A DNA stretch of 64,000 bases from an uncultured virus (IMG/VR IMGVR_UViG_2061766007_000832) (taxonomy: Duplodnaviria; Heunggongvirae; Uroviricota; Caudoviricetes): IMG/VR virus record IMGVR_UViG_2061766007_000832; one strand, written 5' to 3'. The notes beneath the pieces were generated by a model that ran no database searches, had not been told where the DNA came from, and saw only the letters and a list, made by a program, of their open reading frames with translations. Each line of letters starts with the position of its first letter. The first letter of the stretch is position 1. Positions 1 to 11,504 of this stretch are shown here, in pieces. The position numbers were made by a program, and so were the translations under genes.

Positions 1-1074
1 CGTAGATTTTCATAATCATGGTAGCGTCAGCGTGTCCCATCCACTCAATCATAGTGTGAAGCTCTACACCGTTATCCCGTCCCCACGTACAAAAACTGTG
101 GCGCAGGTCATAAGGAACAACGGTAAATTCGACCCACGGTTTTAATTTCCCTTCTGCTGCCAGCTTTTTTTGTTCCTTCGTCTTGCCGTACCAGCGCTTG
201 GGGATGCCGTTGATCTCTTCTTCCATACAGGTTTTATATGATGTAAAAGCATTTCTCCAAGTTGTGGCTGTGATCTGTTTTCCTTTGGCGGTTGTGATGA
301 GCAGTCCTTTCCTATCTTTAAGAGCCTGTTGTACGGGAGGAAATAACGGAATGTCACGGTTAGCGTTTCTTGTTTTACCTTTGCTTGTAAATTCATACTG
401 ATTGTTGCCTTTCCGGTGTGCGGTCTGGGTGATGTGTAATACATCCCCGTCAACCGCCTTTTCTATGATCAATGCTTTTGCTTCCTGTGGCCTGATACCG
501 GCATAAAGCATTGTAATAACTGCCGGGTATGCCCTGTGGTCATGGCAATAGGTATTGATCCATTGTCTTTCCTGATCTGTGATCGCACGGTGTCCCCCTT
601 CCGTGCCTTTGTGCGGCTGGGCGGCCTTATTCGCTGCCGGGTTTGACCTGCACAGGCCATCAGCTACCGCACTATCGAATAATGCCGTAAAAAGCTGTTT
701 TGCGGCCTTCAAATAGCTGTTTGATGCGTTTTGATACTCTGTACTGTACACTTCCTTTATCATGGACGGTTTTACATCCCTGACGGGAACATGACCGATG
801 CGGTTTACAAGGTGCTGCAGGTGAATTGTCAGCCCTTGATATGTTGAATCCGCTACGTTGGGGTGTGAAATCTTAATCCACTTCAAGCCGTAATCAAAAA
901 CGGTGNNNNNNNNNNNNNNNNNNNNNNNNNNNNNNNNNNNNNNNNNNNNNNNNNNNNNNNNNNNNNNNNNNNNNNNNNNNNNNNNNNNNNNNNNNNNNNN
1001 NNNNNNNNNNNNNNNNNNNNNNNNNNNNNNNCATCCTTGCGCTGCTTCAGCTTTTGCTTTTTTTGGCGTGGCAT
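1..1074 (-). CDS. int: Tyrosine integrase (gapped; C-terminus runs off the window)
   Basis: Manual translation of the minus strand gives LYAGIRPQEA (catalytic Arg), YDLRHSF (HxLRH box) and WMGHADATMIMKIY. Start MPRQKKQK at 1074 with an AGGTGA RBS. Confidence 0.9.
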
Positions 1075-1230
1075 TATGGCTCACCTATAAAAAATAATAG
1101 CCCGTTTCCTGTTGAGCTGACATAGAAACACATTGAATTGAAAAACATAGGATCTGCGTTCTTTCCNNNNNNNNNNNNNNNNNNNNNNNNNNNNNNNNNN
1201 NNNNNNNNNNNNNNNNNNNNNNNNNNNNNN

Positions 1231-1480
1231 TGTATCTGTTGCGACTGTAAGGGCGGCGCAGACACAGGCCGGTAGGAAATCAGCGCTGTCAGGCGCAAGA
1301 ATAGTCGCACTGGATTGATCAAATGAAATGATCATATCGCCGCAAAGGAATGTGGCTTCATTGGTGATCATATCGCTGNNNNNNNNNNNNNNNNNNNNNN
1401 NNNNNNNNNNNNNNNNNNNNNNNNNNNNNNNNNNNNNNNNNCAGAAACAGAACAAGCAGCAGAGAAAACAGCTTTTTCAT
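1231..1480 (-). CDS. Secreted or membrane protein fragment (gapped)
   Basis: Starts MKKLFSLLLVLFL (signal-peptide-like) directly after the ImmA-like gene; interrupted by Ns. Confidence 0.5.
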
Positions 1481-1484
1481 AAAA

Positions 1485-2195
1485 TCACTCCCTGTATCCG
1501 TCCATGAATGATCCGAAATCTACAACGGGTGAGTTATCCTCTGCTTTTATAATATCATAATAATCTACGCAGTTACGTACATAATCGTCAAACTGTTCTT
1601 TGATCATGCGATTTATTTCCGGTGGAACAAAGGTTGCCGGGATCTTCTGCATGGCNNNNNNNNNNNNNNNNNNNNNNNNNNNNNNNNNNNNNNNNATAGG
1701 GCTTTCTTCCAGCGACTTTATCAAGGCACGGGGGCAAAGGAAATGCCGTGCGAAACAAAGCGCTTCGGCTTCCCTGACCTCTTCCGGGCGTGACCCGTCA
1801 TGCTTGAGGATGATATGCCCCAGCTCACGGGCAAGCGCCCTTTGCTGCAGGTGAAAGGCCAGACGCATATTGTAAGCAACAATGTACTTTCCATCTTTAT
1901 AGGATGTAAAAGCGTCACCTGCACCGAACATACCGATTACATCTTTTCTGTCATACCCGGTCACCCCTGACATTTCAGAGAAAGAAAGCACCAATNNNNN
2001 NNNNNNNNNNNNNNNNNNNNNNNNNNNNNNNNNNNNNNNNNNNNNNNNNNNNNNNNNNNNNNNNNNNNNNNNNNNNNNNNNNNNNNNNNNNNNNNNNNNN
2101 NNNNNNNNNNNNNNNNNNNNNNNNNNCTTTCTGGAAATAATCTGCATACTGTGAGAACATGGCCTTTACCACGTTCAAAGCCTGTTCCCGTTGCG
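1485..2195 (-). CDS. ImmA/IrrE-like metallopeptidase (anti-repressor), gapped
   Basis: ALARELGHIILKH (HExxH-like, first His replaced by Arg) and EAEALCFARHFLCP; lies directly downstream of the repressor. Start approximate. Confidence 0.75.
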
Positions 2196-2555
2196 CCTTT
2201 GGCAGTTTATCGATGCCGTTTGCAAGTATTTTCGCTTCATCTGTTCGTNNNNNNNNNNNNNNNNNNNNNNNNNNNNNNNNNNNNNNNNNNNNNNNNNNNN
2301 NNNAAGATCAATAACCGTTTTTCCCAATACAACCAATTCATCTACATCAAAATACCGTGCCAGCTTCCGCAATCGCTCACCGGATGGATCTTTCTTGCCG
2401 GATTCCCATTCGCTGACGGTTGGACGGGACACGCCAATTTCGATAGCAAGCTCTTTTTGCTGTATCCCTTTTTTCTTTCGNNNNNNNNNNNNNNNNNNNN
2501 NNNNNNNNNNNNNNNNNNNNNNNNNNNNNNNNNNNNNNNNNNNNNCTAACTGCAA
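2175..2555 (-). CDS. XRE-family HTH repressor (CI-like), gapped
   Basis: RKKKGIQQKELAIEIGVSRPTVSEWESGKKDPS; divergent from the Cro-like gene. Boundaries approximate. Confidence 0.85.
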   Translation of the reverse strand: MQLXXXXXXXXXXXXXXXXXXXXXXRKKKGIQQKELAIEIGVSRPTVSEWESGKKDPSGERLRKLARYFDVDELVVLGKTVIDLXXXXXXXXXXXXXXXXXXXEQMKRKYLQTASINCQRRNGNRL

Positions 2556-2588
2556 TAGTAGCTAATTCGCCCCTTGTAAAATTTCCTA

Positions 2589-2618
2589 TTGACAGTTAGC
2601 TAACAGTAGGTGTATGAT
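2589..2618 (+). promoter_or_regulatory. Early lytic promoter with palindromic operator
   Basis: TTGACA-18 bp-TATGAT; the spacer contains the palindrome GTTAGCTAAC. Confidence 0.7.
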
Positions 2619-2662
2619 GCTTTCGTAGGTAGCCGGATGTAAAGTTAATAGGAGGTGATACG

Positions 2663-2851
2663 GTGTTTCGGATCAAGGAACTGCGACAGGCGAAGGAAAT
2701 GAGCCAGAGTGAGCTTGCTCACAAGGCGAATATCTCCAAGCCTTTTCTTTGTGACCTTGAGAATAACCGCCGTGGGGCGAAACCGGAAACGCTCGGCAGG
2801 ATTGCCGATGTGCTGGGCGTTCCCGTTGACGATCTCAAAGAGGTCGGATGA
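2663..2851 (+). CDS. Cro-like XRE HTH protein
   Basis: IKELRQAKEMSQSELAHKANISKPFLCDLENNRR; GGAGGTG RBS. Confidence 0.9.
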   Translation: MFRIKELRQAKEMSQSELAHKANISKPFLCDLENNRRGAKPETLGRIADVLGVPVDDLKEVG

Positions 2852-3054
2852 TGGAAAGGCTGCTGAACGTAAAGGCCATTGCAGAGCGGTACGGCTGCAC
2901 AGCGCAAAGCGCACGAAACTACATCAGACGGATTGACGGACACCTTGAGAATCCTATCGGTGTTTATGAATCTGACCTGATGGCGTGGGAACAGTCCCGG
3001 AGAATCGGCGCTCCGGTAAGGCAAATGAGAGTACCAAGAAAAAGGGAGGGCTAA
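2848..3054 (+). CDS. Small HTH / excisionase-like protein
   Basis: LLNVKAIAERYGCTAQSARNYI; position after cro. Confidence 0.55.
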   Translation: MMERLLNVKAIAERYGCTAQSARNYIRRIDGHLENPIGVYESDLMAWEQSRRIGAPVRQMRVPRKREG

Positions 3055-3058
3055 TCAA

Positions 3059-3370
3059 ATGATCATCACAGGCTATCCGATGAATAATGCCGCTCTGGAT
3101 GCGGCCTATGAAGCAGAAAGCGCCCGGATGTTGGAAGAACAGCAGATCCAAGAGGAACCTGTACCGGAAATGCGCAAGCTGGACGAACAGGAAACCGTCA
3201 ATGCTTATGCAGGGTGCGCCCTTGCGGTGAGCTGCTTTGACCATACGCTGAACTGGATTGCGGAAACGATTGACCGGGCAAAGGGTACGGCTGAAGCTGN
3301 NNNNNNNNNNNNNNNNNNNNNNNNNNNNNNNNNNNNNNNNNATAAGATTAAGGAGGTGTGGGACAAGTGA
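3059..3370 (+). CDS. Hypothetical early protein (putative sRNA target)
   Basis: ORF with GGGAGGG RBS; gapped. Confidence 0.7.
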   Translation: MIITGYPMNNAALDAAYEAESARMLEEQQIQEEPVPEMRKLDEQETVNAYAGCALAVSCFDHTLNWIAETIDRAKGTAEAXXXXXXXXXXXXXXXKIKEVWDK

Positions 3371-3490
3371 TCAGCTATTACAGCCCTTACGGTATCAAGC
3401 CACGGGGTCAGCGCATTACCCTTGCTGATCGTATCAGGATGCGCAGGGCAAGAAAACGCAAGGAAAGGGAGTGGAAGCCGGTTTGGGGAT

Positions 3491-3563
3491 AAAAAAGCCC
3501 CGGCTCATAGAGCCGAGGGATGACCGAAGGTAAATGTAAGAGGGCTAATCAAACAAATCCTTC
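3491..3563 (-). ncRNA. Putative ~70-nt antisense sRNA
   Basis: Minus-strand promoter TTGCGG-17-TACAAT (3598-3570, extended TG) and terminator CCCTCGGCTC-TAT-GAGCCGGGG-C-T6 (3519-3491); carries 14 nt complementary to 3046-3059. Confidence 0.6.
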
Positions 3564-3618
3564 CTGTGTATTGTAGCACAGGGAGGGAACAACCGCAATA
3601 TGTAGGAGGTTCCACAGT

Positions 3619-4490
3619 ATGAACAAAACTGACAAAGTTGCACAGAGCGTTGAACAGAATACCGAGCTGATTGTAGTGACCCAGCTTCCCGTGATTAAAG
3701 ATCAGCTCATCGAAGTCAAAGGCCGCATTGAGGAACGGGCGAACAATGCGCTGTCCATTGTATGCACCGAAGAAACCTATAAGCAGGTCAAACAGGTTCG
3801 TTCTGAACTGAATAAGGAATTTACCGAGCTGGAAGATCGCCGGAAGGAAATCAAGGCGCAAATCCTCAAGCCGTACCAAGACTTTGAAGCGGTGTATAAG
3901 GACTGCGCCGGTGACCTGTACAAAGCGGCAGACATCAAGCTCCGTGACAAGATCGCAGAGGTTGAGAACGGGCTGAAAGAGCAGAAAGCAACTGACCTGC
4001 TGGCCTATTTCACCGACTACCGGGCAAGTCTTGGCATTGATGAAGATTATGTCAGCCTTGCGGATGCTGGTATTAAGATCGGCCTTTCTGACAGCCGGAA
4101 ATCCCTGCACGAACAGGCGGCGNNNNNNNNNNNNNNNNNNNNNNNNNNNNNNNNNNNNNNGTGATTGATACCCTCGCCCACGGTGACGAAGTGGGCGTTG
4201 AGTACAAGAAGAACGGTTTCAACCTGACCGGCGCAATGCTGATTGTTGAGAACCGGCACAGGGCAATGGAAGCGGAAAAAGCCCGGCGTGAACAGGCCAG
4301 AGCAGCGGAGGAAGCGGCAAAGATCGCTGTACAGAACGTACAGGCGGNNNNNNNNNNNNNNNNNNNNNNNNNNNNNNNNNNNNNNNNNNNNNNNNNNNNN
4401 NNNNNNNNNNNNNNNNNNNNNNNNNNNNNNNNNNAGCTGGTTGCCTTGCGTGATTTCCTTGTGGAAGGAGGGTATGAATATGTCTGCTAA
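3619..4490 (+). CDS. DUF1351-like coiled-coil protein (one gene split by gaps)
   Basis: LIVVTQLPVIKDQL...RSELNKEFTELEDRRKEIKAQILKPY; usual position upstream of recT. Confidence 0.7.
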
Positions 4491-5445
4491 TAATGCCCTG
4501 ACAGCGCAGAAACAAAAGTTTTCAGCGGCAATTTCCACAGAAACATACCGGAATCTGATCAATAACACCCTTGGTGACCCGGAGCGGAGCAGACGGTTTG
4601 TAGCGTCCATTACATCAGCGGTTGCCGTGAATCCGGCGCTGCAGGACTGCGCCCCGTCTACCATTCTTGCCGGTGCGCTGCTCGGTGAAAGCCTTAACCT
4701 GTCCCCTTCCCCCCAGCTCGGTCAGTATTACCTTGTCCCTTTTGAAAACAAGCTGAAGGACAAGGAAGGAAAGACCTTGTGGGTCATGGATGAAGAAGGA
4801 AAGCACGTACTGGACAAAAACGGCAAATGGCTTGCCATGACAGAGAAAAAAGCGCAGTTCGTGCTTGGTTTCAAGGGCTATATCCAGCTTGCTATCCGTT
4901 CCGGTCAGTACAAGGACATTGACGCTATTGAGATCAAGGAAGGTGAATACCTCGGAAAAGACCCGGACACCGGAAAGCCCCGTTTCAGCTTCATTGAGGA
5001 CGATGACGAACGGGATGCACGGCCTGTCATCGGCTACCTTGCCTACTTTGAGTATTTGAACGGGTTCAAGAAAAGCCTGTATTGGTCGAAAACCAAGATG
5101 ATGAACCATGCAGACGAATATTCACCGGCTTTCTCTGCACAGGNNNNNNNNNNNNNNNNNNNNNNNNNNNAGGAAGAACTCTGGAAATACTCTTCCTTCT
5201 GGTACAAGAATTTTGACGAAATGGCGAAAAAAACCATGCTGCGTCAGATCCTTTCCAAGTGGGGCATGATGAGTATTGAGCTGCAACAGGCATACGTGCA
5301 TGACTCGCAGTTTATCCAGATGAACGAAAGCGGTTCTTTCGTGGGTGACTATGAAGATCCAATTCCGGCAGAAACACCCACGGTAGAACAGAACAAGGAA
5401 GCGGAACAAGGCGAACCGCAAAAAGTCAGCCTTAATGACCTATGA
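4480..5445 (+). CDS. recT: RecT-family single-strand annealing protein
   Basis: LNLSPSPQLGQYYLVPF, AQFVLGFKGYIQLAIRSGQY, FDEMAKKTMLRQILSKWG; start MSANN. Confidence 0.92.
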   Translation: MSANNALTAQKQKFSAAISTETYRNLINNTLGDPERSRRFVASITSAVAVNPALQDCAPSTILAGALLGESLNLSPSPQLGQYYLVPFENKLKDKEGKTLWVMDEEGKHVLDKNGKWLAMTEKKAQFVLGFKGYIQLAIRSGQYKDIDAIEIKEGEYLGKDPDTGKPRFSFIEDDDERDARPVIGYLAYFEYLNGFKKSLYWSKTKMMNHADEYSPAFSAQXXXXXXXXXXEELWKYSSFWYKNFDEMAKKTMLRQILSKWGMMSIELQQAYVHDSQFIQMNESGSFVGDYEDPIPAETPTVEQNKEAEQGEPQKVSLNDL

Positions 5446-6075
5446 TCAACTACCAGATCATTTCAACCGGATCGAAGGGTAATGCGGTCATCGTTGGAAA
5501 GAACATACTGATTGACTGCGGCGTGTCCTATAAGGCGCTTGAGCCGTATATCAATCAGCTCCGGTTGGTGCTGTTAACGCACATCCACGGGGATCATTTC
5601 AACAAGTCCACCCTGCGGCGCTTGAGCAACGAAAAACCGCTCCTTCGGTTCGGTTGTGGTCGGTGGCTTGTCAGGCCGCTTGTGGAAGCCGNNNNNNNNN
5701 NNNNNNNNNNNNNNTTCCTACGATTACGGCATCTGCAAGATTGAACCGTTCCACCTGACACATGATGTGCCGAATTGTGGCTATAAGCTGCAGTTCGCCA
5801 ACGGAAAGGCCATGTACGCAACGGATACCCGGAACCTTAACGGGATCACAGCAAAGGACTATGACCTGTATTTGCTTGAGGGTAATTACGGCGAGGAAGA
5901 AATTGAAAGCCGGATAGCTGAAAAGCAGATGAACGGTCAATACGCCTACGAAATACGGGTAAAGGAAACGCACCTGTCACGGGAACAATGCGATGACTTT
6001 ATAGCCCGCAATGCCGGTTCCAACAGCGAATACGTGTATATGCACCAGCACGTAGATGAGGTTATGGAGGGGTAA
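5442..6075 (+). CDS. Metallo-beta-lactamase-fold hydrolase (split by gap)
   Basis: STGSKGN, IDCG, LTHIHGDH, HDV, YATDT, LEGNY, HLS motifs. Confidence 0.88.
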
Positions 6076-6077
6076 GC

Positions 6078-6573
6078 ATGATTGGATTTCTGACAGGCTT
6101 ACGGCGNNNNNNNNNNNNNNNNNNNNNNNNNNNNNNNNNNNNNNNNNNNNNNNNNNNNNNNNNNNNNNNNNNNNNNNNNNNNNNNNNNNNNNNNNNNNNN
6201 NNNNNNNNNNNNNNNNNNNNCAGCCAAACAGCAGGATCTTGAAAAAGACGGGGGCTGGACACCGGAAAAAGTGTACAAAAACGCAATCAAAGAGATCGGC
6301 GGCATCAGTGACCTTTACGGGGTGAAAGAAGAAGCGTTTGAGAGCTTCAAAGAGCTTTGGTGTAAAGGCCATATAGGGCGGCAGGTTGAGATTGTACCCG
6401 GAAGTCAGAAACCCGGCTGGATCAATGTAAGGGCGTGGAGAGGGTCAAGCGATTTCGACACACAGCAGATGAGCAGACTGATCAGCAATTTGATACAGGA
6501 TGCGGAAAGCCTTGGAATACCTACGATAACCGAAAAAAAGTATCAAAAGATGCTCGGAAGGTGGGCGGCATGA
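6078..6573 (+). CDS. NinB/YbcN-like recombination accessory protein (gapped)
   Basis: C-terminal GSSDFDTQQMSRLISNLIQDAESLGIPT. Confidence 0.65.
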
Positions 6574-6851
6574 AATCCATTATTCAGAAAGACGGTTCAA
6601 GGTGTTTCTTTTGCGGCGGTATGCAGGGACTTGAGGAACATCACATTTTCGGCGGCGCTGCAAACCGGAAGCTGTCAGAAAAGTACGGGCTGAAAATCAC
6701 CTGCTGTAAGAAACATCACACAGACCCCAAAGAAGGTGTTCAGTACAACAAGGAAATGAACCAGAGTACGAAACGCCTTGCGCAGATCGCCTTTGAAGGG
6801 CGCTGGACACATGATTTGTGGATGGAAACATTTAAGAAAAACTATCTATGA
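6570..6851 (+). CDS. Small HNH-like Zn-binding protein
   Basis: MKSIIQ...CFFCG...EEHHIFGG...CCKKHH. Confidence 0.75.
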   Translation: MKSIIQKDGSRCFFCGGMQGLEEHHIFGGAANRKLSEKYGLKITCCKKHHTDPKEGVQYNKEMNQSTKRLAQIAFEGRWTHDLWMETFKKNYL

Positions 6852-7120
6852 AAGGAGATACGGACATGATAAGCACTGAAGAAATGATCACCGTTGAGGA
6901 TAAGGCTACGCAGAGGAAAGACATTGACTTATACATGACGGTACACCCGGAAGGTATCACAACTTATGAAGCATTTATCAATCTGAATATCACCTGTTTA
7001 CCGAAGCGGATCTCTGAAATGATCGATCTGGGGTATCCGATCACGAAAACCCCGGAGTATAAGCGAGATTCCAACGGGAAGGTGCTTAAAAGGTACATGA
7101 GATATAAGAAGGTGGCCTGA
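6848..7120 (+). CDS. Winged-helix protein
   Basis: GITTYEAFINLNITCLPKRISEM. Confidence 0.65.
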   Translation: MKGDTDMISTEEMITVEDKATQRKDIDLYMTVHPEGITTYEAFINLNITCLPKRISEMIDLGYPITKTPEYKRDSNGKVLKRYMRYKKVA

Positions 7121-7121
7121 C

Positions 7122-7915
7122 ATGAATACAGGTTTCATCCTGTTATTTAGACAGATAACAGAGTGGGAATGGTATCAGAATCCGAATACGTTCCGGCTGT
7201 TTGTTCACTGTCTGTTGATGGCAAATTTCACGGATGGACGATTTGAGGGGGAAGAGATCAAAAGAGGGCAGTTTGTCACTTCCCTCCCCAGCCTGTCCAA
7301 ACAAACAAAGCTCTCAATTCAACAGGTACGTACAGCGCTTGACCATCTGAAATCAACAGGGGAAATAACAGACAGAATATACCCAAAATACCGTGTAATT
7401 ACAGTGGTTAAGTACAACGATTACCAACAGGATAACAGGCAAAATAACAGCCAATCAACAGCCAATCAACAGGCAAGTAACAGNNNNNNNNNNNNNNNNN
7501 NNNNNNNCAATATAACAATAACAATAAAAAAACAATGGAAAAAGGGAACAATCTTCTTCCTCTTATGGGCGATGACGATGCAAAGCAGATCCAGATTGAC
7601 CATGACAGGGTGTTGAACGCTGCTGAAGATGCCGGTTTCAAAATATCCAATGATGTCAGGGCAAATCTGATAAACCTGTATGCAGAACACGGGTTACAAA
7701 AGACGCTGGACGGGCTAAAGGCTTGCTCTGAACACGGGGCGTTGAATCTCGCCTATCTACGGGCGGTATTAAAAGGCGGCGCAAAGGTCACAAAAGGACG
7801 GGTTATTCCGGCGCAGGACTTCCAGCAAAGGGACTATTCCGGCGTTGAGGATGAAATGATGTCGAACCTTGCTGCTGAAATGGCGGCCTACAAGAAAGCA
7901 CAGGAGGGAGCATGA
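7122..7915 (+). CDS. Phage replication initiator (one gene, frame broken at gap)
   Basis: GFILLFRQITEWEWY, IKRGQFVTS, RVITVVKYNDYQ; C-terminal DnaD-like NLAYLRAVL; internal iterons. Confidence 0.8.
7426..7483. repeat. Iteron-like ~11-bp repeats (putative origin of replication)
   Basis: TAACAGGCAAA, TAACAGCCAAT, CAACAGCCAAT, CAACAGGCAAG inside the initiator gene, as in lambdoid-type origins. Confidence 0.65.
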
Positions 7916-8424
7916 CAGAAGCTATAAACATGGACTGCATGGAAGCGATGAAAAAGATGCCGGACAACGCTTTTGATCTTGCCATTGTAGATCCTGTCTA
8001 CGGGGATGTGACACAAGGCGGTTATATGACGCACAACCACGGACAGAGGATCGGAAAATGTAAAGCAAATGAGAAAGGTTATCACGCTGCCCTTTGGAGC
8101 CAAGCGAAAACCGGCGATGAATATTTTTCCGAACTGTTGCGAGTAAGCCGCAATCAAATTGTATGGGGGGGGCAATACTTTACAGATGACCTTCCAGAGT
8201 CCCAATGCTGGATTGTGTGGGACAAGCTACACCCGGAAGGAATAGGGTTCGCTGATTGTGAGCTTGCGTGGACATCATTTAATCAGGCGGCACGGGTTTT
8301 CAGATTTCGCTGGAACGGTATGATCCAGCAGGACATGAAAAACAAGGAAGAACGGATACACCCAACGCAAAAGCCCGTAGCGCTGTATAAGTGGTTGCTT
8401 CAGAAATACGCAGAGCCGGGTATG
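7912..8424 (+). CDS. N4/N6 DNA methyltransferase (C-terminus in gap)
   Basis: DLAIVDPVY (DPPY variant), WIVWDK, DCELAWTS, IHPTQKPVALY. Confidence 0.88.
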
Positions 8425-8684
8425 NNNNNNNNNNNNNNNNNNNNNNNNNNNNNNNNNNNNNNNNNNNNNNNNNNNNNNNNNNNNNNNNNNNNNNNNNNNN
8501 NNNNNNNNNNNNNNNNNNNNNNNNNNNNNNNNNNNNNNNNNNNNNNNNNNNNNNNNNNNNNNNNNNNNNNNNNNNNNNNNNNNNNNNNNNNNNNNNNNNN
8601 NNNNNNNNNNNNNNNNNNNNNNNNNNNNNNNNNNNNNNNNNNNNNNNNNNNNNNNNNNNNNNNNNNNNNNNNNNNNNNNNNNNN

Positions 8685-8883
8685 TTCGGTTTCAGTCCGT
8701 GCGTATCAGTCAAAAAACGGTGATCCTGCCGCTTCACTGGAACTGACCGCACAAGAAGTCGAGTTTCTTTCTACACCGGCAGAACGGGCTGAAAATGCTG
8801 TTAAAAACGATGAGAAAAAGGATCAGCAGACAGGCTTTTCTGATGTGACGGGCTATGTAGACAACGAACTCCCTTTTGATTGA
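8685..8883 (+). CDS. ssb: Single-stranded DNA-binding protein, C-terminal part
   Basis: SVSVRAYQSKNG...LELTAQEVEFL and acidic tail DNELPFD; fusion to the methylase in the ORF track is a gap artefact. Confidence 0.8.
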
Positions 8884-8919
8884 CGGGTTAGCCTTCCCGG
8901 ATCAAAAAGGCGTGACGAT

Positions 8920-9261
8920 ATGGAAGATTGGAAAGATATTCCCGGATACGAAGGACTTTATCAAGCGTCAACGCTTGGAAGAATAAGAACCTGTGAAGGG
9001 AAAGTAACAAAAAGCGCACGATCACAACATAGGGTTTGGAAACAGCGGATTATGAAACCAAAGTGTACGAAAAACAAGAAAGGAAGATGTGACTTTCGGA
9101 TTGAGTTATGGAAGGACGGGAATCATAGAACGTGGCTTGTTTCAAGACTNNNNNNNNNNAAGGAATGACCGTAAATCATAAAAACGGGAACCCTCTTGAT
9201 AATTCGATTGAAAATCTTGAGTGGCTATCGCATGGAGATAATATCCGTCATGGGTTCGCAA
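8920..9261 (+). CDS. NUMOD4-HNH homing endonuclease (gapped)
   Basis: EDWKDIPGYEGLYQASTLGRIR; TVNHKNGNPLDNSIENLEW...NIRH. Confidence 0.88.
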
Positions 9262-9554
9262 NNNNNNNNNNNNNNNNNNNNNNNNNNNNNNNNNNNNNNN
9301 NNNNNNNNNNNNNNNNNNNNNNNNNNNNNNNNNACGATGAGCTGCCCGTGTAAAGGATGCGATGATCGGAAGGTTGGCTGTCATGGCTCATGTGCGTCCT
9401 ATGCGCTATATAAAACGCAGATGGAGATTATAAAAGCGGAAAGGGTAAGAGATCAGACCTGTAAAGACCTGCCGAGTGCCTGTAAAAAGGCTTGGTGGAA
9501 GCGGTTAAAACAGGNNNNNNNNNNNNNNNNNNNNNNNNNNNNNNNNNNNNNNNN

Positions 9555-9942
9555 ACTTATAGAAGGTCTGGAAAGTATCAAGGTGTTGTTCGATACCAAA
9601 GCAAAGCAGAGCGAAAATGCCGGATACTGGAAAGATTTCGCCGGGATTATAGCGGATGCTATTTCAACCATTACCGAAAAGACCCAGCGAATCGAGAACA
9701 TGGAAACCATGATCGAGGACATGGAAGAACGGATTGCCATTATGAGCGAGGGAGGATGGCACAAGGCAACAGAGCTTCCGAAGGAAACCGACGACTATAT
9801 TGTAACGATTATCGAGATGGAGCGTTGGAAAAGCGTAACGACCCGCAATTATAGAATTTCTTTCGGTTGGGGATTGTTCAGCAATGAAAAGCTGGTCTGT
9901 TGGATGCCGTTTCCGAAACCGCCGAAAGAGGGTGAAGCGTGA
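9555..9942 (+). CDS. DUF551-like protein with ERIAIM coiled coil (start in gap)
   Basis: IEDMEERIAIMSEGGWHKATELP...CWMPFPKPP. Confidence 0.7.
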
Positions 9943-10268
9943 TGGCTGATATTGAGAAGGTAAAAGCAGGAATTTATGAAATGCTCATACGCTGTTCATG
10001 GGATGATATTGACAAAGAAAGGCACAGATTCCAGCCTGTGTTGAATGACACCCTTGAACTGCTGAAAAAGCAACAGCCAAGAAAACCGCATTACACAACA
10101 TTGAAATATATCGTTAAAGGGAAAGAGGTTTCTGTTAAGCATCCGGAATGTCCGAAGTGTGTTGAAAATAGGCTTTTCCTGTGGGATGCAGAGATCGAAA
10201 GAGGTCAAGCGTTTTGTAAACGTTGCGGACAGGCTATTGATTGGTCAAAGGAGGGTGAAGCGGAATGA
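9939..10268 (+). CDS. Zn-ribbon hypothetical protein
   Basis: CPKC...FCKRCGQAIDW. Confidence 0.7.
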   Translation: MMADIEKVKAGIYEMLIRCSWDDIDKERHRFQPVLNDTLELLKKQQPRKPHYTTLKYIVKGKEVSVKHPECPKCVENRLFLWDAEIERGQAFCKRCGQAIDWSKEGEAE

Positions 10269-10909
10269 ACAGAAACGAACCGCATGAACCGCAAAGGTTT
10301 AGGGCAATGGATCGTATTGGAATCGTTTATGAATGTCCTGCTTGTGGTTCATTGTTAAGCATAGGGCAGAAAAGATGCGATATGTGCGAACAGGTGATTG
10401 ATTGGTCGAAAGAAGCTACAAACAGAGAGAAGAACGAACCGTGATAATGACGNNNNNNNNNNCAAAAGCAATGGTAAAACAAAAAAGCGGTTCTCCTATG
10501 AGAAAAGCTGCCGGTCTGTTCAGCAGAAAAGGCGAAATCATATGTGACGGATATATACAAGCCTGCTTTGGCGGTAATTGGGAAAGAGCAATCAGAGAGG
10601 AAGGAACGTTTTCGTCTTTCATGCTTGGCTTTGAANNNNNNNNNNAGACGCAACATTTATGAAAAATGCCGATCAATTACAGGGAGTGAACCACTCTGCC
10701 GATTAAAAAACGGACATACCATATATGCGTTTGAAGCATATCAAGACTTCTATGCTCCGGGCGGAACAGATTGCTTTACGGTCTGGAATAAAGACCTTGT
10801 AAAAGCAATGGTAAAACAAAAAAGGGCATTCGGAATTAGGTGTGGTAACAGCCAAAAATGACCGAATTTGAGAAACGAGGACGAAATTGTGGCAAATAGC
10901 GATAAAAGC

Positions 10910-11504
10910 ATGAGAGTGTTGGTGGCTTGCGAGGAGTCACAGGAAGTGTGTAAAGCATTCCGTGAACGAGGACATGAAGCATACTCCTGTGACATTCAAG
11001 ATTGTTCCGGTGGGCATCCTGAATGGCATATAAAAGCTGATGCGTTGGAGATTCTCAAAATTAAGTGGGATTTGATAATTGCTCATCCACCATGCACATA
11101 CTTAACAAACGCCGGAGCAAGATGGTTGTACGCAGGAAAGAAGCTGAATGAAGAAAGATACAAACAAGGATTAGACGGCAAAGCGTTTTTCATGCAGTTT
11201 TTCAATGCAGATTGTGAACGGATTGCGATTGAGAATCCAATACCATCAAGTGTTTATCAGATGCCACAGTATACACAAGTGATTGAACCGTACTACTTTG
11301 GGGAACCGTGGAGCAAAAAGACCTGCCTTTGGCTGAAAGGGTTACCGCCNNNNNNNNNNATCAGGAAGCTACAGCAGGAGCCATGATCCAAAGTATAAGG
11401 GAGCGTCAAGGAAGGGCGGTGCTGCTAAAGTGAGGAGCAAGACCTTTCCTGGCATAGCAAAGGCTATGGCTGAACAGTGGGGCGATTTCCTTCGTTCGCT
11501 GTGA
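10910..11504 (+). CDS. Phage DNA cytosine methyltransferase-like protein (split by gap)
   Basis: MRVLVACEESQ, WDLIIAHPPCTYL, IAIENP, KKTCLWLKGLP, RSKTFPGIAKAMAEQWG. Confidence 0.8.

Noticed and set aside
7912..8883. Methyltransferase-SSB fusion protein in the ORF track
   Set aside because: The two parts are joined only through a ~260-N gap; they are two ordinary genes.
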